Sequence record: ON528726
Length of the DNA: 64,000 nucleotides
Direction: 5' to 3' (one strand)
Origin: Shigella phage ESh16
Part shown: positions 1-9,009 of the stretch, piece after piece
How positions within the stretch are numbered: position 1 is the first letter of the stretch
Layout of the letters: every line of letters begins with the position of its first letter
Position numbers and translations under genes: made by a program
The notes under the pieces: model-generated
What the model was told of the DNA's origin: nothing
The model's input: the letters and a program-made list of their open reading frames with translations, nothing else
Databases searched by the model: none

Positions 1-44
1 ATGTTTCTTGATGAAATTATCGATCATAATACGAGAGTTTAAGT

Positions 45-239
45 ATGCTAACACGTGAACAGTTTGAAAAAATCATTAAATTAGCACGTGATATTGAAAT
101 AGATTCATATCAGTTGGCAGTTGAGCATTGTGAAGGATACTCATACGATGGTATAGAAGCAGCTAAAAAGGATTTGGATAAATCCAAAGCTAAGTTAGTT
201 CAATATCTTGAAATGATTAGGTGGAATAATGAAAACTGA
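45..239 (+). CDS. hypothetical protein (64 aa)
   Basis: ATG ORF in track, co-oriented and tightly packed with early genes; no motif recognised. Confidence 0.3.
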   Translation: MLTREQFEKIIKLARDIEIDSYQLAVEHCEGYSYDGIEAAKKDLDKSKAKLVQYLEMIRWNNEN

Positions 240-432
240 AAAGCAGATGTTTTTAATGAAGCTAATTGAAGAATATGCTAATGCAGTTTCTGACTATGAG
301 TATTCTGCTCGAGAAAGAGGTACAGCTTTCGCAAAGGAAGAAATGAAATTATGGTTGATGCTCACACAAAGCTTCAGAATTTTATTGAAAACGTCATTTA
401 ATGGTTTACAAGTTGGCAAGGTTATGATATAG
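229..432 (+). CDS. hypothetical protein (67 aa)
   Basis: ORF overlapping the previous stop; no motif recognised. Confidence 0.3.
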   Translation: MKTEKQMFLMKLIEEYANAVSDYEYSARERGTAFAKEEMKLWLMLTQSFRILLKTSFNGLQVGKVMI

Positions 433-614
433 TAATCTTGTCAACTGCCAAGGAGAAGAGAATGAAAGTTTTGTTTGTTGTGTATGTGATGATTCAATAT
501 AATTACCCAATGTTTACTTATAATCTGGTGAACAATATTATTGATATTATTCAAAGGAGTATGTAATGACAAGTGAACAAGCTTTTAAGTTAAGAGAATT
601 AATTGAAACTTTAA

Positions 615-893
615 TTGGTGAATAATGTGAGCTTTCCGAAATTAGAAGTAGGTGATTTAGTCTTAACAAAATTGTGGAATGGCGCTCAATCAGTAGAAAT
701 CTGTCAATATCGTGGAGCAACAGGTAATTTGATGTACACGATTTATAACCCAGAAATTTTGTTAGAGTGTCATTTGGAACGTTTTATAAAAGACACCGAT
801 AGTATGCCTTATAGTGTATCGATTGTACGTAAATCTGATACAAAGGAATACTCTAAAATTTTAAAACAAATTCGTGCCAATAAAAAGGATTAA
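615..893 (+). CDS. hypothetical protein (92 aa)
   Basis: ORF in track; stop TAA 891-893 just before next ATG. Confidence 0.35.
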   Translation: MVNNVSFPKLEVGDLVLTKLWNGAQSVEICQYRGATGNLMYTIYNPEILLECHLERFIKDTDSMPYSVSIVRKSDTKEYSKILKQIRANKKD

Positions 894-894
894 T

Positions 895-1428
895 ATGAAA
901 CGATTAGTACTAGAAGTTAGTTCACTTTTTGGTGAATTAGCTATAGAAAAAGTAAATAATATGTATCGTTTGACGCAAGAAGATGATATGATGTATTTTA
1001 CGCCTAGTGAAATCATTCATTTAACCCAAATTGAATATCCTTATACTGATAAAATAGTAAGCATTAATGATGAGAATAAAGTTCATTTTTATTCTTCATG
1101 CCCAGGATTTAATATTGAAAGCGAGTCAATGTGTTTATCAGTTATCCATTGGGATAGTTTTATAGATAAGATTAAATATTTTTATTATTCTAATGAAAGA
1201 AAACATAGTTTAAAATGGTTTAAAAATTGCAATGCTATTATTACTAACGCTTGCAATCAAAATGATGAAACTGTTTTAAACGTATCAAAATGCTATGAAG
1301 ATGGTGATGTCTTAACTATTCGTCAAATTGATGATTTTCGATCGCATATTGTCACATTTACCAAAGACGAAGCCATTGCGCTAAAGACTTATCTTGATTC
1401 TGTCATTCCAACTATGATTTCAAAGTGA
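895..1428 (+). CDS. hypothetical protein, tandem paralogue A1 (177 aa)
   Basis: Track ORF starts GTG 874; ATG at 895 directly after upstream stop. Shares GFNIE block and C-terminal motif with the next ORF. Confidence 0.5.
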   Translation: MKRLVLEVSSLFGELAIEKVNNMYRLTQEDDMMYFTPSEIIHLTQIEYPYTDKIVSINDENKVHFYSSCPGFNIESESMCLSVIHWDSFIDKIKYFYYSNERKHSLKWFKNCNAIITNACNQNDETVLNVSKCYEDGDVLTIRQIDDFRSHIVTFTKDEAIALKTYLDSVIPTMISK

Positions 1429-1434
1429 GGAAAT

Positions 1435-1956
1435 ATGTTTATTTCAAGTGGAAGTGGTTTAATTCGTGTTGAATTTAAAAATGACATCTTCCTTATTCAA
1501 GGAGATGATATTATTAAAATGAGTTATGACGAAATCAAGAAAATTTGTCATATTCTTGAAAGTCGTGGAAAAGGAAATGCTACTATCGATATAGGTGATT
1601 TATGGGTGACACTTTATGAAGTATCCGAAGGATTTAACATTGAAGATGAAAACAACATCTTAGCTATTGATAAAAGAAGCGATTTGTTTGATGTGTTAAA
1701 AGTTTATGAACAGTCAAACGGTGGAAGAAAAGCTGCATTGATTTATCAAAAACCACATTCATGCGGAACTGCTTCAATTATTTCAGATATTGAAGATGAA
1801 ACTGATACTTATATGTGTGTTTTAAAAGCTGGTGGTGACCGTCATCCGGATTTTATTTCTATTCGTCAAAACAATGGAGAAATTTCATTATCAAAATCAG
1901 AAGCTGAAGCTATGATTAAGTATTTAACAACTGTTACACCTTCAATGAAAGGATAA
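1435..1956 (+). CDS. hypothetical protein, tandem paralogue A2 (173 aa)
   Basis: C-terminus SKSEAEAMIKYLTTVTPSMKG parallels TKDEAIALKTYLDSVIPTMISK of the previous ORF. Confidence 0.5.
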   Translation: MFISSGSGLIRVEFKNDIFLIQGDDIIKMSYDEIKKICHILESRGKGNATIDIGDLWVTLYEVSEGFNIEDENNILAIDKRSDLFDVLKVYEQSNGGRKAALIYQKPHSCGTASIISDIEDETDTYMCVLKAGGDRHPDFISIRQNNGEISLSKSEAEAMIKYLTTVTPSMKG

Positions 1957-1958
1957 TT

Positions 1959-2420
1959 ATGATTATTAATGAAAACTCTTGGCACTATAAATTATTCAAA
2001 CTGTTTAATGATGAATGGAAACGACCTAAGACACTGTGTGCATACTTTTGGTCTATTGTTATCCCTACATTTTTCGTTTCTTTTTTCGGATGTACTATAC
2101 TCGCAGGTCTAACTATTATCTGTGCAGAAATCATGCAGAAATGGCTTATTTTTGGTAGTTTATGGACTCTTATTCCATCAGCATTTATACTTGCCATTTT
2201 GCTTGTTTTACTTATTATTGGTTCATTTGTTATTCCTGCACAACTGCATGAAAAATATAAAGATTATAAATGGAAAAAGGATTATGCTTTACATGTAGAA
2301 AATATTGATAGGGCGTATAAAGGTTTACCTCCTATTCAACCCAAGAAATCTATTATCGTCGAATTTTTAAAAGCGCGTAAAGCTAAAGTATGTCCTGTTA
2401 TTGAATATAAGGCTGAATGA
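1959..2420 (+). CDS. predicted membrane protein (153 aa)
   Basis: Several long hydrophobic stretches (FWSIVIPTFFVSFFGCTILAGLTIICA; LIPSAFILAILLVLLIIGSFVIP); stop overlaps next start. Confidence 0.45.
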   Translation: MIINENSWHYKLFKLFNDEWKRPKTLCAYFWSIVIPTFFVSFFGCTILAGLTIICAEIMQKWLIFGSLWTLIPSAFILAILLVLLIIGSFVIPAQLHEKYKDYKWKKDYALHVENIDRAYKGLPPIQPKKSIIVEFLKARKAKVCPVIEYKAE

Positions 2421-3430
2421 TGAAAACAGTAATGAAAAGCTATTTTGGTAGTCATCTTTATGGAACTTCTACTCCAGAATCTGATGTAGATTTTAAAGAA
2501 ATCTTTGTTCCTCCTGCTCGCGATATTCTTATTGGAAATGTTAAAGAGCATATGAGTAAAAACACTAACAACACATCATCTAAAAACACTAAAGATGATA
2601 TTGACCATGAACTATACAGTCTTAAGTATTTCTTTAAATTAGCAGCAGATGGTGAAACTGTAGCATTGGATATGCTCCACACTCCACCGGAACTAGTAGT
2701 TAAATCTGATTTGCCTGATGCATGGAAGTTTATTCAAGACAACCGTTCTCGTTTTTATACGACCAACATGAAATCCTACTTAGGATATGTTCGCAAGCAA
2801 GCTTCTAAATACGGTGTTAAGGGTTCTCGTTTGGCCGCATTACGTGATGTGTTGAAAGTAGTTAATCAAATCCCTGAGCAATGGGTTGATTACCAAGAAG
2901 ACGGTTCCATTAAGCAGCGTCGAACTAAAGTTGAAGATATTAAGCATCGTCTTCCAGAGAACGAATTCTGTGAATGGGTATTCCATAATCATGAGAAAAC
3001 AGGTCCACAAACGTTCTACACTGTGTTGGGTCGTAAATATCAAACAACGCTTTCTCTTATTGAGCTTAAGCAGTCTTTGAATAAACTTGATGCTGAATAC
3101 GGCGAACGTGCTCGTAAGGCTGAAGCGAATGAGGGCATTGACTGGAAAGCTCTGAGTCATGCTTGCCGTGGTGGACTCCAACTATTGGAAATTTACAAAA
3201 CTGGTGACTTAGTCTATCCACTTCAAGACGCTCCATTTATTCTCGACGTGAAGTTGGGTAAACATCCATTTAAAACTGTTCAAGAGTTTTTGGAAGATGT
3301 GGTCGATCAAGTAGAAGCAGCATCCATTGAAGCTTCTAAGAACGGTATGCAGCAAAAAGTAGACATGTGTTTTTGGGATGACTTCCTTGAGAGGGTTTAT
3401 CTTGAAAACCATCGAAGTTATTATAAATGA
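2417..3430 (+). CDS. nucleotidyltransferase-fold protein, MNT/pol-beta type (337 aa)
   Basis: N-terminal GSHLYGTSTPESDVDF fits the GS-x9-13-DxD motif of minimal nucleotidyltransferases; followed by a terminator hairpin. Confidence 0.55.
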   Translation: MMKTVMKSYFGSHLYGTSTPESDVDFKEIFVPPARDILIGNVKEHMSKNTNNTSSKNTKDDIDHELYSLKYFFKLAADGETVALDMLHTPPELVVKSDLPDAWKFIQDNRSRFYTTNMKSYLGYVRKQASKYGVKGSRLAALRDVLKVVNQIPEQWVDYQEDGSIKQRRTKVEDIKHRLPENEFCEWVFHNHEKTGPQTFYTVLGRKYQTTLSLIELKQSLNKLDAEYGERARKAEANEGIDWKALSHACRGGLQLLEIYKTGDLVYPLQDAPFILDVKLGKHPFKTVQEFLEDVVDQVEAASIEASKNGMQQKVDMCFWDDFLERVYLENHRSYYK

Positions 3431-3433
3431 TAG

Positions 3434-3457
3434 GGAGCCTTCGGGCTCCCTTTTTTT
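3434..3457 (+). terminator. rho-independent terminator (GGGAGCC-TTCG-GGCTCCC plus T7), 5' part of promoter cassette
   Basis: Perfect 7-bp stem, UUCG loop, TTTTTTT. Confidence 0.7.
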
Positions 3458-3462
3458 ATTTC

Positions 3463-3545
3463 AAAATTTTTTCACAAAACAGTTTACAAGCATAAAGCTT
3501 TATGGTACTATACAACTATCAACTGATACGGATTTGGAGAATAAA
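3463..3545 (+). promoter_or_regulatory. early promoter plus conserved leader (PeSL-like cassette copy)
   Basis: TTTTTCACAAAACAGTTTACA, TATGGTACTATACAACTATCAACTGATACGGATTTGGAGAAT, ATG 3546. Confidence 0.6.
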
Positions 3546-4514
3546 ATGAAAACTGTAACTATCAATAAGGGTATCTACTTCGGTAAAGAAATCTCTGGAA
3601 CTTTTGAGCTTTTAGGCGAATGGTTCCCAGATAATGCTCCGGTAGATGCACAAGGAGATGGTAAAGTTTTTGTTGAAATTGACGGTAAGCGTCGCGGTGT
3701 TTGGGTTTACAAATCAGATATTTCATATGATGGTGTAAAAGTTGAAGAAGTTAAAGAATCATATGAAGATATGAAAACCCGCATTAATAAAAGATTTAAT
3801 GTTATGGGAATGATGACGAATGGTATTATTAATGGAAATATTCGTTCATTGATTATCTCTGGCGCAGCAGGTATTGGTAAAACGTATTCTTTAGATAAAG
3901 CTTTAAATAAAGCAAATGATATTGGATACATTGAATATAAAAGCATTAATGGTAAAATCTCTGGTATTGGTCTTTATGAGCAGCTTTGGAATAATCGTGA
4001 AGAGAATTCTGTACTTTTGATTGATGATGTAGATGTTTTCTCTGATATGGACATTCTTAATCTTCTAAAAGCCGCTCTGGACACTGGAGAGACCCGTAAA
4101 GTCTGCTGGAGCACTGCGTCTTCTTACTTAGAAGAAAAAGGCATTGAGCGTGAGTTTGAATTTAAAGGAACGATTGTTTTTATCACAAACGTTGACATTG
4201 ACCGCGAATTAGACCGTGGTACTAAACTTGCTCCACATTTACAAGCATTAGTGTCCCGCTCAGTTTATTTAGATTTGGGTGTTCACACTAATGAAGAAAT
4301 TATGGTCAGGGTTGAAGATGTTATTCTTTCAACTGACATGATGCAAAAGCGCGGTCTTTCTGATGAAGAAACTTATAAAGCATTATCATGGATGAAAGTT
4401 AATGTTAATCGTTTACGCAATGTTTCACTGCGTACTGCTCTTTATCTTGCTGACTTTATTATGACCGACAAAAACGGTTGGGAAGAAATTGCTGAGGTTA
4501 CTCTTCTGAAATAA
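3546..4514 (+). CDS. P-loop (AAA-like) ATPase (323 aa)
   Basis: Walker A GAAGIGKT and Walker B LLIDDVD; true ATG at 3546 after promoter cassette (track ORF from 3378 reads through the promoter). Confidence 0.6.
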   Translation: MKTVTINKGIYFGKEISGTFELLGEWFPDNAPVDAQGDGKVFVEIDGKRRGVWVYKSDISYDGVKVEEVKESYEDMKTRINKRFNVMGMMTNGIINGNIRSLIISGAAGIGKTYSLDKALNKANDIGYIEYKSINGKISGIGLYEQLWNNREENSVLLIDDVDVFSDMDILNLLKAALDTGETRKVCWSTASSYLEEKGIEREFEFKGTIVFITNVDIDRELDRGTKLAPHLQALVSRSVYLDLGVHTNEEIMVRVEDVILSTDMMQKRGLSDEETYKALSWMKVNVNRLRNVSLRTALYLADFIMTDKNGWEEIAEVTLLK

Positions 4515-4612
4515 TTCATAAGAGGACTTCTATGACAAAAAGGCAGTTCAGAAATAGATTATATGGATTGCCATTAAAAAGATGACTAGAATTAAACTGG
4601 TGAATGGAGGTA

Positions 4613-4918
4613 ATGATGTTATACTCAAAGGCTCGTGAAATTTACGAAACTAAAATTAAAGAAGCAGTATTTAAGTTCGCAACGACAATGCGATGGACAA
4701 ATGACTGGGAGTATTCAAAAAATCATAAGAAGCCCATGGTGACAAGAAAGGCTCATATGTTAGTGTTAATAGACCGTGAGCAGATTAAAGCCCGAGAAGC
4801 CCTCCAGAATCATAAAAAGGCTGCCTTTGAATGGTTTATGGATAACACTGCTCCTGAGACTAAGAAAGCAGTGAGCGCCTGGTTCAGTGGAAAAAATTGT
4901 GAAAGAAGTTTCTTTTAG
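4613..4918 (+). CDS. hypothetical protein (about 101 aa)
   Basis: ORF with GGAGG at 4606-4610 ahead of in-frame ATGs at 4613/4616. Confidence 0.4.
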   Translation: MMLYSKAREIYETKIKEAVFKFATTMRWTNDWEYSKNHKKPMVTRKAHMLVLIDREQIKAREALQNHKKAAFEWFMDNTAPETKKAVSAWFSGKNCERSFF

Positions 4919-4978
4919 TGGTTTACAAGACTGTTCCTCTGTGGTACTATACAACTATCAACTACGGAGGAACAGAAA
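4911..4978 (+). promoter_or_regulatory. early promoter plus conserved leader (PeSL-like cassette copy)
   Basis: GTTTACAAGACTGTTCCTCTGTGGTACTATACAACTATCAACTACGGAGGAACAGAAA. Confidence 0.6.
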
Positions 4979-5506
4979 ATGAACGCTAAAGATATTTTCA
5001 ACTTGGTAAATTACAACGATGGTAAATTTAAATCTGAAGCACAAAGCAAGTTCTTTAATGACATCTCAATCGGAGGTGAAATCACTGTTGATGGAGGACA
5101 AATTTACAAATCCCGTTGGAATTGGATCGTTATTATTGATGAGATTGGTATTGTAGAAATTTACAAGAATACGAATAAAAATCGTACATTACACTGGTCT
5201 CGTGATACTAACGAACAGTACAAAAAGGATAAAGCATCTAAATTATCTCGTGTAACTCAAGAAGATATTGAGTTCATCAAGAAAGATATTTTAATGTATG
5301 ATAACTTAATTGCTGAAGAACAAGCTGTTATTGATAAATTTGACGAGATTAAAGCTTCTCGTGAAATTCCTGATTTTATGAAAGAATCGGTAAATGAACG
5401 ATACACTCTCATTTCAGAGCGTATTGAAACTTACAAAAAGCAAAGAGCTGAACGCCAAAATACTCTTCGGAAGTTTGAAGAACGGTTAAAGACGGTACTC
5501 GCATAA
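4979..5506 (+). CDS. hypothetical protein with C-terminal helical region (175 aa)
   Basis: ATG 4979 directly after promoter/leader cassette with GGAGG; charged helical C-terminus. Confidence 0.45.
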   Translation: MNAKDIFNLVNYNDGKFKSEAQSKFFNDISIGGEITVDGGQIYKSRWNWIVIIDEIGIVEIYKNTNKNRTLHWSRDTNEQYKKDKASKLSRVTQEDIEFIKKDILMYDNLIAEEQAVIDKFDEIKASREIPDFMKESVNERYTLISERIETYKKQRAERQNTLRKFEERLKTVLA

Positions 5507-5561
5507 CCGCTTTATACCAAGGATGGTATAATGGTTCTAAGCCCTTTTAATTGAGATTATT

Positions 5562-5969
5562 ATGAAACGGTTGATAATTAAAAGATTGAATTTATTGATA
5601 TGTTGTTTATGTGTAGTAGTTGCATATGGTTATTACGCAATTAATGATTATATGCATTATAAAGATTATGATGTTACTGTAGTTAATACCATTACAGGAA
5701 CACAAGGAAAAGGGTCTAGTTTATCGTTTATTGCCGTATATGAACTAAAAGACGGTTATAGATTTAGTGAATATATTTCCCCAGAGATGTATTCTTCAAT
5801 AGAAAAAGGTGATAATATTACTGTAAGTTTACGTCCTTTCGACGTAAAACAGACATTGTTTGATAATATTGTTTGGTTCTTTGGAATGGTATTAGTTCAA
5901 TCTGTGTGTGGTGCTTATATAGTCTGTTCCATCTTATTCTGTATATTTAGTAAAATTGAAATTGAGTGA
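5562..5969 (+). CDS. predicted membrane protein (135 aa)
   Basis: N-terminal (LLICCLCVVVAYGYYAI) and C-terminal (VWFFGMVLVQSVCGAYIVCSILFCIF) hydrophobic segments. Confidence 0.4.
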   Translation: MKRLIIKRLNLLICCLCVVVAYGYYAINDYMHYKDYDVTVVNTITGTQGKGSSLSFIAVYELKDGYRFSEYISPEMYSSIEKGDNITVSLRPFDVKQTLFDNIVWFFGMVLVQSVCGAYIVCSILFCIFSKIEIE

Positions 5970-5976
5970 GGAAAAT

Positions 5977-6867
5977 ATGTCAGTAGTAATTAATAATGTC
6001 AATGCAGTAATTAAATCTTTAGTTAATAAAAAAATGATGAATGAATGGACTGTATTTCGCCGTGCAGAGCCAGATAAATTTTTTCATAGATTTAACTCAA
6101 CTTTGGATTTGAATGTTATCGGCAGAGATGTTCATGCCGAAATTTTAGATAAGTTTAAAGTTGATATTGGATTTGGATTAGAAAAACATTTGCAGCGAAC
6201 AAATGGGTCTGGAATGAGTTTATCTAATCGCATTATGAAAGCTCTTAATAAAATTGGAGCATTGTCTCGTATTAACGCGAGTGAAATCCTTCGTAATTAT
6301 AATAAAGGATATGACCTTTATGGTCGACTAATGCCGAAATTATCATTCGATCAAATGATTGCGGATTTGTGGGAAAATCAACGACGATTATTAGCATTAG
6401 GCGCTCGATTAGCTAAAGGTCTAGATAAACAAATGATTTTTAAGACCAATAATACGGAAGACCTTAAATGCTTTAAATTTAGTACTCGTGGTATTGATTA
6501 TTATATCAGAGCTCACTCTACAGATTATGTCAATATGGGTCATCATCTCTGTTTAGCTTTTGAAGTTTTAAAAGAAGCTGGAACATTAGAATATTCATCT
6601 GGTGCAAAATGCCCTATTGGTTCAAGTTGTATTTTAATTTATCGCCCGGATGAATCCAGTTCAACTACATTGCCTACGAAACCTGTACCAGTTCGTAGTA
6701 ATGAAAAACATTCTGAACAAATTGATTATTTTAATAAGCAAATTGAAGAGCTGAATATTTCTATTCAACAATATGATGATGAAATTTTCAGACTATCTGG
6801 ACTGAGTAGTAAAGCTAAATCTGAGCGTGAAAAGTTAATTAAAATTGTCGATTTACTTAAATCTTAA
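5977..6867 (+). CDS. hypothetical protein with C-terminal coiled coil, possible family member P1 (296 aa)
   Basis: ATG 5977 after SD GAGGAAAA; C-terminal helical region similar in style to the next three ORFs. Confidence 0.45.
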   Translation: MSVVINNVNAVIKSLVNKKMMNEWTVFRRAEPDKFFHRFNSTLDLNVIGRDVHAEILDKFKVDIGFGLEKHLQRTNGSGMSLSNRIMKALNKIGALSRINASEILRNYNKGYDLYGRLMPKLSFDQMIADLWENQRRLLALGARLAKGLDKQMIFKTNNTEDLKCFKFSTRGIDYYIRAHSTDYVNMGHHLCLAFEVLKEAGTLEYSSGAKCPIGSSCILIYRPDESSSTTLPTKPVPVRSNEKHSEQIDYFNKQIEELNISIQQYDDEIFRLSGLSSKAKSEREKLIKIVDLLKS

Positions 6868-6875
6868 GGAATACC

Positions 6876-7898
6876 ATGAAAACTCGTTCTCAAATTGAAG
6901 ATATGGTTCGTACTGCCAGCGATACTCGTAATGTTATGACATTTTTGTGCGAAAATAATTTAGACCCTGATAAAGTTAATCGTGCTATTCATCACTTTAA
7001 ATATCTAAATAGCAGTGAATGGGTGAGTAATTTTAGTAAAGCGGGGTATATTACACAAATGACGGCTCGTGAGCAGCTTACCGATTTCTGTAAAACTATT
7101 GATTATAAAAATCCTCTATTTGTTCAAGGCGTTGGTCAAAGTAAGGTCGATTTATCATCTGGATTTTTCAATCCAAATCATTATCGTATTGAATGGAGAT
7201 TTATTGCTCTGTTCCGTAGACAATTAAAGCAAATTTTGTCGACTGCTAGTCGATTAAAAGGTTCTGACATTAACTTAAAGAACCTGAAATTTGATGGTTA
7301 TACTCTTCAGATGGAAGTAAGACCATTAAAAGAAAATAACAGAACTGCGCGAATTAGCTTTAAACCTAATACAAAAAATTCTCTTTCAATTTGCGAATGC
7401 CTTAAATCGCAGTTGACAGAAGCATTTAAGTATATGGATGTTGTTGCCACTGTTCAGTCTAAGATTTCACAGCATTTCGAACGATTTAAATTAGACACAA
7501 CAACATATGAACTTGATATGTTCGTTTCATTTAAATACGATTTTTTGAGAAAGGACGAAGTCCCGCAAGAGAAAAAGCAGGAAGTGCAAGATATCTTAAA
7601 TTTATCCAATTACTCATCAAACGATCCTAAATTTTGGATGTATAGCTCAAGCAATATAGATGCATGTAAACTTAATAAAGTGAGTTTTCTTCCTACTGAA
7701 AATTCAAATTTTAAACCTGTAGAAAAATGGCACGCTGACGCGATTGAGAAGTCTCTTAAGGCAGTAGATGATGAACTCGTTAAAGCGACCAATGAAGTGC
7801 TAGAAACTGAAAAGGTGTTAGAACAAGCTCAGTCAAGGGTTCAAAATCTGACAAAGCAACGTTCTAAACTGAACAATGCACTAAATGCACTAAACTAG
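6876..7898 (+). CDS. paralogue-family protein P2 (340 aa)
   Basis: N-terminus MKTRSQIED; block WRFIALFRRQLKQILSTASRLKGSD matches P3; C-terminal coiled coil. Confidence 0.55.
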   Translation: MKTRSQIEDMVRTASDTRNVMTFLCENNLDPDKVNRAIHHFKYLNSSEWVSNFSKAGYITQMTAREQLTDFCKTIDYKNPLFVQGVGQSKVDLSSGFFNPNHYRIEWRFIALFRRQLKQILSTASRLKGSDINLKNLKFDGYTLQMEVRPLKENNRTARISFKPNTKNSLSICECLKSQLTEAFKYMDVVATVQSKISQHFERFKLDTTTYELDMFVSFKYDFLRKDEVPQEKKQEVQDILNLSNYSSNDPKFWMYSSSNIDACKLNKVSFLPTENSNFKPVEKWHADAIEKSLKAVDDELVKATNEVLETEKVLEQAQSRVQNLTKQRSKLNNALNALN

Positions 7899-7927
7899 TT
7901 TACTTTGCCACAAGGATGTGGTATAAT
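7898..7927 (+). promoter_or_regulatory. early promoter (GTTTAC, TATAAT)
   Basis: GTTTACTTTGCCACAAGGATGTGGTATAAT; near-identical copy at 52118-52147. Confidence 0.6.
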
Positions 7928-7955
7928 GTTCTTACTTTCTACTGAGGAGATTAAT

Positions 7956-8957
7956 ATGACTCGTAACGAATATATCAAATCATTCAATAGCGTTATTGAT
8001 GATAAAGTTAAACCTGTGTCTAGTCAGAATAGCGTTATTTCCATTATCAATCAATGGCTCAATAATACTGATGCAAGTATTGTTTCTTCCAGCAAATTTA
8101 TTCATGAAGTTCATAAAATTTCTAGTCGCGAATATAAAGATGATATTAAGGAAACCTTTAAAGGGTCTCGTCTTCTTTCATATTTAGTTAACCAAGATAT
8201 TCTTGGTAAATTTGGGAAAGAAATTAAACGAACTAAAGATGTAGTAGGATATAATTGGTTCGGTGATGTTAATTCATATCATCTTAATATTAAAGAAGAT
8301 CCTGATAATATTTTTACTCGTCGTTGGATTAGTAATTTCAGACTTTTCAAAAAGCAAATTCTAAAATCAGCTTCTAAATTATGCTATGGCGATTATCGTC
8401 AAATTCATCCTTGGGCTTCTGATATGATTATCATAAAAGAATATGAACTTGATAAAAATAAAGCAGCTATTTTTGTGAATTATGAATTTTTTACACCAGA
8501 AGCTAATCAAAAGAACATCAATAAATTTTTCTCAATTGCTAGCGATATAACTCGTCAATTAGAGACTGCACTACTTTGTATGGAAACAGTAGAAAATATT
8601 CATACATATCCTTTCAAAAATATGTGTGGTTGGGAAGGATATAAAATTATAATTAGCCTTCGTGAAGTGAAATGTGCGTACTCACCGACTGATAAAGAAA
8701 TTTACCAACAAAAATGTGATGAAATTGCGAATACTCCTAAAGAAGAAACTACCCTTGAGGAACTAATGGAATGTCTTGATGATTCACCTGAACCGGTAGA
8801 AATTCGTCCAGAAGTTATTGCATTAGAAAAAGCTTATAAAGAAGCTCTAGAAATTTCTAATAAAGCGCAGAAAGAATATGAGCAGGCTAAAAGGATTTGG
8901 GAAGAATCTGTTAATCGCCTGGATCGTCTTGAACAAGCTTTACAGTTAATTAAGTAA
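7956..8957 (+). CDS. paralogue-family protein P3 (333 aa)
   Basis: ATG 7956 after early promoter at 7898-7927; block RRWISNFRLFKKQILKSASKLCYGD; C-terminal coiled coil. Confidence 0.55.
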   Translation: MTRNEYIKSFNSVIDDKVKPVSSQNSVISIINQWLNNTDASIVSSSKFIHEVHKISSREYKDDIKETFKGSRLLSYLVNQDILGKFGKEIKRTKDVVGYNWFGDVNSYHLNIKEDPDNIFTRRWISNFRLFKKQILKSASKLCYGDYRQIHPWASDMIIIKEYELDKNKAAIFVNYEFFTPEANQKNINKFFSIASDITRQLETALLCMETVENIHTYPFKNMCGWEGYKIIISLREVKCAYSPTDKEIYQQKCDEIANTPKEETTLEELMECLDDSPEPVEIRPEVIALEKAYKEALEISNKAQKEYEQAKRIWEESVNRLDRLEQALQLIK

Positions 8958-9009
8958 TTTAAAGCCAAGGATGGCTCGGAGTATAAATCATTAACCAAGT
9001 GAGAAGAAC

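Noticed and set aside
3378-3545. N-terminal extensions of track ORFs 3378, 30261, 56609 and 57041
   Set aside because: The extensions translate the promoter cassette sequence itself (same peptide LFLCGTIQLSTDTDLEN appears in unrelated ORFs); true starts are the ATGs after the GGAG leader
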